64,000 bases of DNA from Diplonema japonicum (taxonomy: Eukaryota > Protista > Euglenozoa: Diplonemea), in the NCBI GenBank assembly GCA_964019335.1, contig OZ025665.1:310001-374000 (forward strand), written 5' to 3'. The notes beneath the pieces were generated by a model, which was given only the letters and a program-made list of their open reading frames with translations, was not told where the DNA came from and did no database searches. How positions within the stretch are numbered: position 1 is the first letter of the stretch; each line of letters starts with the position of its first letter. A program made the translations under genes and the position numbers. Shown here piece by piece: positions 54,157 to 64,000 of the stretch.

Positions 54157-55157
54157 ATTGCCCCCCTCTTTTAATATGTGTTGAAATCGGTATTATTGAA
54201 AAAAAAAAAAAAAAGAAAAAAAAAAAAGAGGGGACAGAAGAGGAAGGGACGGGATGGGTATATGGGGAAAACAGGATGGGGAAGAGAGAACAATAGGAGA
54301 TCCACAAGCGTACCGTGCAAAAGAAAAAAAAAAAAAGAAAAAAAAAAAACATGGGGTGGAAGAGGTGGGAGAGGGAACGGGGGGTTTTTTTTTTCGCAAA
54401 AAGGGGGAAAAGAAGAAGAAGAAAAAAAAGAGATGGACCTTCGGAGGAAATGCGAGGAGAGGGTCTGCCAAAAAAAGAGAGCGAGAATTTTTTTTTTTCT
54501 TTTTAGAAAAAAAAAAGAAGGAGAGAAGAAGAAAAAACAGGAAAAGAGGCCAAAGTGACGAAAAAACAGTCGTTTTTTTCCCCCTTATTTCTTCTCCCCC
54601 CCCCCCCTTTTTTCACTGGATTTTAGCCGAGGGTCGTGAACCAACCGCTCGAAAAAAGAAAGAAAGAAGAGGGGAAAAAAAAAAAAAAAGGTATCTTCTG
54701 TACCCTCTTTTTTTTCCTTTCTTCTCATGTCTTTCTTTTTCTTTTTTTCCCCTTTCAAGGCTTTGAGAAAAAAAATAACAACAAAAAAAAAGGGGGATGG
54801 AAATACAATTTCTTTTTTCTTTTTCTTTTTCAACATTTTTTCCTTTTTGAGAGGCTCCTTTCCACAACGCCCGTCTTTTCCTTTTTTTCTTTCTCTGACT
54901 TTTGTCTAAACAAAAAAAAGGGGGGGGGGAATCGGAGATGCGTAAAACAACGTAGTTTTCCCATGTTTATATAAACTTTTTTTTTTCTTCCTGCACTGTC
55001 AATTCCTTTGTCTTTTTTTAAAAAAAAAAATGGGGCAAAAAAAGAAGATGGGGTAAGATACATACAAAGAAAATTCTTTTGGGAGACAAAAAAAAAAAAA
55101 AACACTTTTGAATCTGGATCCACACTTCAAGGGGAAAAAAAAAAAAAAAAACTGAAT

Positions 55158-56863
55158 CTATTCCTCACCTCTTCTCTGCCTTTCAATCTCGTCCTGTTTT
55201 CTGTCCAGTTCGCACTCGGCTTCCAGGGTCTGGTGGATGTCAGACAACTTGCTGTGCACCACCCTCCATGATGATGTGTTAGAATCCCTGATGTCGATCC
55301 AATCAGTCAAGTCATGAATCTTCTCCTCATACTCATCCTTGCGGTGGTAACCAACACTAAAGGCGTTGAGCTTCTGGCAGAGGAAGGTCAGGTCGGACGT
55401 AATCTTGCATTTTTTTTTTAAATTTTCACTTTTTCTTCCATACCGTTTTCTTCAGGTACCTGTAATGGTCATTTATAACTTCCATCCTCACATCGAAGTC
55501 TGAGATGTGCTCTGAGATCAGTTGGTGCGGTGCGTACTCGCCCTGCAGCGCTTTGCACATATCGAGCACCGGCCTTACAATGTCCTTGGACGTTGTTTCC
55601 TCGGGGGTCCTCAGCAGCTCTTCAACCATATCCAAGAATTGCTTCACATTCTGCGAAGCCCACTGTGCGTACCGCGTCGCCTCCTCCTTCAGGCCGCTCT
55701 TTACATGCTCCTCGAGAATCGCCTCTCTCAGCTTCTCATACGAGAAGACCTGTTTAAAAAAAAAATATATATATATATATTTCTTCTTTATATATACACA
55801 CACCTGCAAATCAATCCAGCATTTGCTCACATCTATCAACACCTTTTCCACCAGCTTCTGCTGCGGTCCCGGGATGAGGTCCTCACCCATACCAGTCAAT
55901 ACCGAGAAGTTTTCTTCCTATTTTTTTTTTTTTAAATTTGTTGCGGGGGGGGAATACCATGGTAGGGATCCTGCCCTGAAGCGACGCGCAGAACTCCTGG
56001 ACGTTGTCGGTGGCGGGTAGCTCCGACAGGGTTTTCTTCTGCGCCTTGCACCAGTCGATGAGCCTGAGCTGCTCTTTCATGAAGTCGTCCACACCCGTCT
56101 CGTAGTTCACCCTGCGCTCCTCCTCTGCCTCGAGCTTCTTTTTCCACACGTTGAAGGCTTCCTCGCACTCTGCGTACATGTTGGTGATGTCAGTTGTTGA
56201 GACCTCGTGGTCTGCGCCCACCTGTTCGAGCTTGCCGGCTAGCTTATCCAGTATCTTGAGCTCCTCTGCGGACTGCTTGAGGGATTCCTCGAATTCTTTG
56301 GCCTCTTTGGTAAGGTGCCGCATGGACTTTTCGTCTTCTGAGGAGCTTGATGCTGCCCAGTCTTTGGGGTCAATAACAGAGAGAGACTGGAAACGAATGG
56401 TGGCGGAGTGAAGCATAGCGGCTGTGCTGCCTCTGCCGGTGAGGAACCTGAGGTACATGCCACCGTTGTCATAGGGGAGGGTCGGTGCTCGCTGCTGGGC
56501 TTCGGCTTTGTTTACCAGTTCGGAGTACAGCTGCTTGTCAGAGTTGATCTTGTGGAGATCGAGCTTCTTCTTCTCTCCGTCCTTCTTCGCCCTTTCTGTG
56601 TCGTCTTTCAGGGCTTTGATCTCGCTGCTCAGGGTTTCCTTGTCGTTTTCGTTTTTCTTCACTATCCCGTCCTTCTCGTCCAGCTCCTTGTCCAGCGCAA
56701 GCGCCTCTTCCTTCATCGTCGTTACCTCCCTCACAATCTTGCTCGGGGCCGTCGTCATCACCTCCTTCATCTTCTGGCTCCTGCTCCGTGCCTCTGCGAC
56801 ATCGTTAAAGTCCACCTCCCCATCGATCAGCTCCGCTTTCAAAAGGATTATTTGATCCGTCAT
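55158..56863 (-). CDS. Coiled-coil/spectrin-repeat-like protein; introns 55918-55957, 55750-55803, 55404-55443
   Basis: In-frame splicing of ORFs 55883..56863, 55426..55899 and a final exon ending ...RRGEE*. Confidence 0.75.
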
Positions 56864-57097
56864 TGTGCCTGTGTTTTTGTTGTTTTCGTTTTTTCTTTTG
56901 TTGGTCGTATAAGTCGAGATGATGAAGGTACTTTCTTGAGACTTAAGAAGAAAATAAAAGAAGAGAAAAGAAGAGTTTTGTTTCTTTTTTTTTTTTTTTG
57001 GTTCGCTTATTAAGAGAGGAGAGGGGAGAAAAGAAATGCAGGAAAAGGGAGGAATATGTAAGCCACAGAAAGAAGAAGGAAAAGAAAAAAAAAAAGA

Positions 57098-57137
57098 TGT
57101 CTTTGAAGGGAACCTGCAGTATGTGACAGGATCGCCT
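57098..57137. repeat. 40-nt intergenic hairpin element, copy 2
   Basis: Identical to 16232-16271. Confidence 0.9.
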
Positions 57138-57270
57138 TTAAAAAAAAAAAATTGTAAATGAAAGGGGGGAAAGGGGGGGAAAAAACAAGAACAGAAAAAA
57201 AGAAAGAAAAAAATCTTAAAAAAAAAAAAAAAAAATGGGTTTCTTGGAAAAGATACCCGTGTCCAAATAT

Positions 57271-60200
57271 CTAACTCAGACCGGAGGCCCGCTGCCCAGG
57301 GAGGGCGACAGCGGTTCTAGTTTCTTCGACTACGGCAGGGGGCATGAGGGAGGCGGTTAACCCCATTGACACGCCTTCTGAAAGCGCATCCTGGGAATCG
57401 TCAGAGAGCGAGGGCCTTGAAGGCAGGGCAGTGTACTTGTTAAGGGTAGAGGGGCCTCGAGGCTGCGGGGCAGACAGATTATCCCTCTCATCAACGGCAA
57501 AGATGCGTTCCTCGACCTCGCGGTGCCGGTTGCGAGGGTTGAACTGCAGCTTGGGGCTCAGCTCCCTGTTGATGCCATGGTTAGGGGTGTCGTTGTCTAA
57601 GTTGTCGTGAGGCATGGCTGGCGGTGCAGGCACAGGCACCGGGTTTGAAGTCTCGTCTTGAGACCCCTTCCGCCCTTCGTAGCCGACAGAGTTCTTCTTC
57701 TTGAAATTCACTACAGAACCATTCGCCCTGCCGCGTGCTGCTGCAGACGCTTGCTGTGCCTGATGAATTTAAAAAAAAAAAAAAAAAGAAATATTAAAAG
57801 CATCTCACACCGCAGTGGCTCCTCCGCTCCCGTCGAATTTCTTCGCTGCCACGCTCCTACGCCTGTCGCCTAGGCTCTGTTATGTTTTTTTTAAAAAAAA
57901 AAAAAAAACTTTTTTTTAAAATACCAGATCGCTGTTCTTCTTTCTTAGCGCGTCGTCTTGTTCTTGTTCCGAGTCTGCCAGCCCTCTTGTCCGTGCTGCC
58001 TTCGACGCTCTTATGATGTTGCTGATCTCGTCTCTGTTCATGTCGACGTCCCGGTTTATGTTCTCGTCACGCAGCCTCTTTAAAGCGTCTTCCTTCATCT
58101 CTTCGAGCTGTCCCCGTAGCGTCTCCGCTTCAAGCACCTTCGTGTCGTAGCGCTCCTTGACCTTTTGCACAGAGAGATGGGCCTTCTTTAGTTTTTTCCT
58201 CATCTGGTCTAGTTCTTCCTCCTTTCTCAATATCAGTTTGTCGTGTTGCTGGTTGCCTTCTTCTATGCGTTGTGACTGGTATCGTGCCCATTTCGCCTGC
58301 TCTTGCTGCAGGCGGTCGTTGAACTTGGACTCTGCTTGCTTTACTTCCACACCTATGGTGTTTAATTTGTTGAGGGCTTCTGATTCGGTTTGCTTGTGTT
58401 TTTCTAGCAGCTTGCTCTGGTTGTTGTACATGGCGCGTATGCTCTTGATGATGTCGTCCTTCTCTGACAGTCTCTCGTGTGCCTTGGCGGAGGAGGCGAT
58501 GGCCGTGTCGCGTTCCTTTTTCAGTTTCGCGCTCGTCCTCTCGCTGTGGTTCAGCAGCTGGGTCACTTTCTTCACTTCGTCCCGCAGCTCACCCGTCTCC
58601 CCCGTCGCCTCCTGCAGTCTCTTCATGTCCCGCTGGTGTTGATCCCGGGCCATCTCCTCTTCCATCCCCATGCTCTTCACTTCTCCTGTCAAGTCTGCCA
58701 TTTCCTTCACCATATCTATTTTCTCCGCCTTCAAGTCTTCCATCTCTTGTTGCGTATCCTGTAAAGTTGCTTGTAAGCTGTCTCATGCATACCTTTAGCT
58801 CTTGTGCTAGCTGTTCCGTATTGCTCCCTTTAGCTGCCTCTTGCAAGCTATGGTACTCTTCTCTCAGCTTCTTAGTCATAGCCTGTTCGTTTAGAAGCTT
58901 CTGTGCTGACAGCTCCACTTCGCACCCGAGGTTGGCAGTTGTCTTTATGCTCTGGCGTAGTTCCTGTTTGAGTTCCATCAGTATCCCGTTATCCCCCTCC
59001 TGAGGCTCGGACAGCATGGTTTCAAGCTCTCTGATCCTTGTCGATGCCTCTTCAAGCCGCTTGAGCGTGTTGGTATCGTCTTCGGCAGCGTTGATGTTGA
59101 TGGTTCCTGCGGAGGACGTGCTGTTTGCAAGCATCTGTTTGTTCCTGTCGGCAAGTTCTAATACTGTTTTTGTCGCCTTCTCGTGCATCTTACCTACTTC
59201 TTGGTTTTCCTTCTGCAGCTCTGCAGTCAGGTAGGCAACAGTCTGCTTGAGCTTTGCAACCTCGTCTGGCTCGCCTTCCTCCGGCTGCACCATCAGTGAC
59301 AGCAGTCTGTCCCTGTCCTCCGTCAGCGCAACGTATCTTGTAGTCGATCTTTCGATTTCGAGCACGAGCTCCTGCCGCAAGGTGTCCAGTGCAGCATCCC
59401 GTTGTGTGATGCCTGTTTCCAGTGCCTGCGCCTTTGCTTCCATGTCTGCCTCGAAGCAGTTTTCCACTGCTTCTGCCGGCAGAGCAGCAGCGATCTGCTT
59501 CATCTTCTCCTGACCCACTTCCAGCCCACGGCACTTCGAAGCCAGCCTCATGGCTTTCTTCTCCTCTGCTAGGCTGCTCTTTTTCACAGTTTGCAGTTCT
59601 TGTGAAAGCTGATCTTTCTCTGTTCTCAGAGTTGACAAGCTGTTGTGCAGCACGTGAATGTCCATCTTGTACCTCCTCACGGCCTCGGTGTCATTGTCGC
59701 TGTTGTTGTGCTGTTTACATTTATGTGCATACCACGGTTCCGTGACTATTTGTCGCAACCTGTTGACCTCCTCGAGGGCTTCTTCGTGCGAAGTTTTGTT
59801 TTTCTGCAGGTGTTCTTTGCAAGTTTGGACTGTCTGTGACTCCTCATCTTCTCTGTTTTTGAGCTCTTCTTCCAACATCTTGATGCGCTGTTCTAGCATG
59901 ATGGTGTCCTGCTTGTTTCCGATCAACTCCTGCACACCCTTCAGTTTGTCCTCAAGCTCTGCGATGTCAGCATCCCTCTTCGAGGATACCTGCCCCTGAT
60001 GGTTCTGCTCTGATCGCACTGTTGTAACTTCCGCTTTGTGATCCTGCTTCATGGCTTCTATCTCTTTCTTGTGGGTAGCTGCTTGCGCCTTTCTGTTCTG
60101 CTTCTCTTCTTTGTACGACATTCGTGTGTCTTGCATACTTTTCTCAAGTTGCAAGATCTCTTCCTTTAGTGCGGCGCATTGCTCAGCGTGCTGCTCCTGT

Positions 60201-61741
60201 TGCTTTCTTCCCTCTTCTTCGAGTGTTTTTTCGCTGCAGCTGTTGAACATGTACTCTTTGATGGACTGCAGTGCACTTCTGATCTCGTCAAGTGTGTTTG
60301 GTGCAGCGTCCTTCTCGTTCACCTCGCTCAGGAAGCTTATGGTGATGTCTTTGATGTCAGCCACTTCTGCAGCACTTTCCTCAACGGTGTGCATCATGAG
60401 TTTCAGGTTGTCCTGTTCTTGTTGCAGGCTCTCCTCGAGTGCTTCGTACTTGCGCCGCAGCTTGTCTAACTCCTCTTCTTTCAGGTTCAATGACTTGTTG
60501 TGCGCGCCCACGGCATCGCTGAGCTCCTCCCTGGCAGCCGAGAGCTCGGCCTCAACAACGCAGATGCGTTCTTCCAACCTCTCGTTCTCCTCCTCTAGGT
60601 TGGGGCCTTCGTTGTTTTCGTACTGCTTCAGCTTGTCTTGCAGGTCTTGCACCTTGTTCAGGAGTTCCTGTATTTTCTGGTCCTTCGCATCCATCTGCAT
60701 AACAGGCTTGTTTTTAATCTGCTTAGCACGGTCGGCAAAGCGCAGTGTCGACACCGTCTCCGAGATATTGGAGTCTGCGGGGTTGATGTTGGCGAACATG
60801 ACCGTCTTGCTAGTCCCGCCTAGCGAGTCCTTCAAAAGCATGGTCAGCGGAGAAGACCTAAAGGGGATGTGACCCTTTCCCTTCACAATGGTGTCAATCA
60901 CGGTGCCCAGTGCCGACAAGGAGAGGTTGATATTGCATCCTTCTTTTAAAGTGTCACCCGAGGCACGTGTTTTGCGCTGTCGCTCGCTGCCTGCCAGGTC
61001 AACAAGGTTGAGTTTTGATGTAACGGTCCTGCATTCACCGTCTTCGAGGTTTTCCACCATTTGGATGGCAACCGTGAAGATCGAGTGGGAGCGTGACGAG
61101 TCAGTGTTCAGCTCCGTGGCGGCGACCTGCCGTCTGACGTTGCCCTCCTCCATGTGCCCCAGGAGGTCCTGCACGAACTTCACCTGTGGGGTCGAAAGAT
61201 CGTTCACGTAGAAGGTCTTGTCCTTCGATTCTTTGATTTGCAGCGACACCTGCTGTTTGGCAAGCAGATCCCGTATCTTGCCATTGTAAAGCTCGAGGAA
61301 GGAGCAGGAGAGGGAGTATGTGATGTTCGGGTTGCGCTTTTCTCTGATATGGTTGAAGATGTATGTGAAGGATCGGGGGATGATGCCCCGCAGCTCATGA
61401 TCCTGTAACGCCCCACCACTCATCGTGTATGTCTTGCCGCTGCCAGACTGGCCGTAAGCAAAGATGGTCGCGTTGAAGCCTTCTAGGGCAGAGTCGACCA
61501 AGGGCTGTATGAACTGGATGAAGATGTCGTTCTGGCTGAACGTATTATTCACGACCGCGTCGAAAGTCCACCTGTCAGGGGCACCGCACACGTGGTTCAC
61601 AGTCACCGTCCCTTCGGTCAGGTCCAGATCCACTGCGTTCTGCATCCCCATGTCGAGCTCCTTGGTGTTTAGGGGCCTGCTCCTCACCAGCACTTTAATG
61701 TTCTCCGCTTCATCTCTTTTCTGGCTCTTGCCTCGCTTCAT
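57271..61741 (-). CDS. N-terminal-motor kinesin with long coiled coil; introns 58759-58792, 57877-57924, 57760-57810
   Basis: GQSGSGKT, NTDSSRSH, DLAGSE, HIPFRSSPLT; three introns join ORFs 58589..61819, 57916..58743 and 57271..57711. Confidence 0.93.
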
Positions 61742-61865
61742 TTCCTTAAGTGGACCTGGTGCAGAGGAGTGACTGAGAACCTGCAGAACAATAACAAAAA
61801 GAAATCCGAAGAAAAACACTTATTATAAGAGAAAAAAAAAAGAAGAAGAAATACTAACCGTTTTC

Positions 61866-63306
61866 TTACGGACCTGTGGAGCTGAGCCTCTCTTTCTCCT
61901 GCAGAGAAGGACAAGGACTATGGTGAGAAGCCCGCGCGTGCGCGGAAAATGGCTGTGATGTCGAAGAGCTGCTGCTTCGTGCTGCGAGGCAGTGTCCGCA
62001 TGTGGCAGGCAACAGAGTCACCTGCTGCTTGGGGTTTGCTTTGTCAAACTATATTACCTTAGTTCGCAGGCAGCCCCACTTTTTCACGGAGGTCTTGCTC
62101 CATTTTCCTGAGCACCTTTGTGTGTTCCACCAACGTAGCTATTGTGTTGAGCGGTATGTGTGACGCAGAAGGAAGGTCCATTGAAGGCAGCGAGGCATGG
62201 GTGACACCGGGGAGCAGCAACGCCAGCTGCAAGCAGTGCATTGAGAAGTCCAACCACCTGTCAACGGCAGACTGCATGCATCTTAGAAAAACAGCGTTCT
62301 CGCCGTGTGCCAACTTGTCCTTCTCATGGTACTGCGTGATGTATGTAATGTTGGAAACCAGTAAAGGTGCCTTAGCTTGCTGGATTAGGTGTAGCAGCCC
62401 GTTAGTCAGCACTGACTCATTGATGTTGTCCTCGGCAGGCATTTTCCCCATGGAGACGAGGTTCACGATCCTGCAGCAGTTGGACATGCAGATCAGTTTG
62501 TCGAAAGGCGACTTGTAGTCGTTGACCGCTTGCAGCTGCTGGATGGCCTCGTGCCACCTAGGGTGGTTGCAGGCATTGGTTACAGGAAGCACGTGCGGGC
62601 TAGGGTTGGCATCGTACTCACGGAACTTTCTCTGAATTTCTTGGTCCCTGCTGTACACATCTTCTGCCCTGCCGAAGATATGCGGGTGGACTTTGCACAG
62701 GACGTATTTCTCCATCCCTTCTTTAGCATGGGTAAGCTCTTCGTCAGAAGCCTCTGCCCATAAGGAGTTCAACTGCAGCTCTTTAAAAATATCATCGAGG
62801 AAAGAAGACACACGGTTTGGTAGCGCAGCTTGAAACTCTCTATCGCCTGACCCTTTCTCTTGCGCCTCCATCCCGATTGTGCTTATGAACCGTTTGATCG
62901 ACCGTACCAGAGGCATAGCCTTCGCATCCTTCATCTTTGCTATGAAGGATTTATATCTGACGTCCTTCGCACCGCCAACTTGTTCTGTCGCTACCACAAG
63001 GGATCTTACTAGGATTTGTCGCCCGCCGACTGTGATGGTCTCTTCTTCTCTGGTGAGGACCTTCTTTTCGCAGTCCTTGAGCATGATTCGGCTCTTGTCT
63101 CCGTTCCACGTTCCTTCCCCGGTCCCATCGAGGTATCTTAGCCCTTTTGTGTCTTCTTGTAGCACACGCTTTCCGATGTTCTCCACCGTTATCTTCTCAG
63201 AAGAGTCCTTTTCTTTTATCAGATACCATTTCTTGTTTGGGTCTTGCTTGAGGTTCAGCAGGATATCCTGCAATACTTCGTCACTCTCAAGTTCGGGCAG
63301 GGGCAT
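61866..63306 (-). CDS. VPS9-domain (Rab5 GEF-like) protein; probable intron 62049-62079 extends it past the ORF-track stop
   Basis: GMEKYVL.K, YKSPFDKLIC..NCC, LVSNITYI..Y; downstream frame open for 60 codons to TAA at 61866. Confidence 0.75.
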
Positions 63307-63391
63307 TGCTGTGTTGGTATAGAGGGAGAGAGGAGGGGAAAGGGGGGGGGGTACGATGACTTTAAAAAAAAAAAAAAGCAAAAGAACTTTT

Positions 63392-63685
63392 TCAATTTGT
63401 TTTCTCTTCGAGTATTTTGGTCACGATGCCTCCGATCCGGCCTAGTGACACGCTTTGTAAGTTTTGCATATCTTGCATTTTGCTCATTGTCTGTCGGATC
63501 TCTCTTGCTGCTTGCAGCACCTCTTGGTGGGTGTGCGCCATCATCTCCTGCCGTATTATTGTAATCAAAAACAACACCGCCAGCACAGTCACTGCGAAGG
63601 AGAGCAACGCCGTCATCTTCTGTGCTTTTTCAGAGCTCGCTGCAACCTTTTTTAAGGCGCTGGACTCAGGCATGTCCCCACCCAT
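63392..63685 (-). CDS. Small single-TM protein (97 aa)
   Basis: MGGDMPESS...LLSFAVTVLAVLFLITII...EEKTN*. Confidence 0.65.
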   Translation of the reverse strand: MGGDMPESSALKKVAASSEKAQKMTALLSFAVTVLAVLFLITIIRQEMMAHTHQEVLQAAREIRQTMSKMQDMQNLQSVSLGRIGGIVTKILEEKTN

Positions 63686-64000
63686 TTCTGTGGCAACAGG
63701 ATCAGCAAGGAAGGGATGAAGGAGAAAAAAAAAATAACGCTTAAAACACAAAGAGAGCGAACCAAAAGAAAAAAAAAGGAGGGTGGCTGGGGGGGGGGGG
63801 GGGGTGAAATGGAACAGACAGGATGCGTAGGTAGGGCGGGAGATCCAATTATTTTCTTTCCCCCTCTTTCTTTTTAAAAAAAAAAACTTTTGCACAGTTT
63901 TTGGAGAAAAGAACGAAGAAGGGAAAAAAGAAAAAAAAAAAACGAAACAAAAGAAAAGAGGAGAGAAAAAAAAAAAACTGCGCAACCAACTCCGTTTATA

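Noticed and set aside
54170-55150. Poly-K/poly-F ORFs here and in other intergenic regions, and + strand ORFs antisense to genes
   Set aside because: Translations of homopolymer tracts or shadows of real genes.
58589-58792. Apparent programmed frameshift in the kinesin (overlapping ORFs)
   Set aside because: Explained by a canonical 34-nt GTATG..CAG intron; the same applies to the other overlapping - strand ORFs.
1-64000. CRISPR arrays, rRNA genes, alternative genetic code
   Set aside because: No repeat-spacer arrays or rRNA seen; TAA, TAG and TGA all terminate conserved host genes.

Overview
Eukaryotic genomic DNA, most likely a euglenozoan (diplonemid-like; this is inference from the unidirectional gene cluster, a kinetoplastid-type ATP synthase subunit e, and abundant cis-introns). 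1-5552 is a + strand non-LTR retrotransposon (ORF1, then APE-RT-RNase H-CCHC, poly-A tail). Its ORF1 and ORF2 lie in the same frame, separated by one TGA, a GC-rich hairpin and a 2A-like peptide. Next come a structured ncRNA candidate with a U1-like 5' end (about 5745-5938) and tRNA-Ser(CGA). From 6.3 kb to the end, about 30 protein genes all lie on the - strand (polycistron-like). They carry about 32 hand-inferred tiny GT-AG introns (31-62 nt, mostly GTATG), which fragment the ORF track and hide some small genes. A TA-flanked TIR DNA transposon (pogo/Tc2-like) sits at 9350-10796 and spans an assembly gap. An identical 40-nt hairpin occurs in two intergenic regions 41 kb apart. All gene models, introns and homologies were read by eye; no database searches were run.
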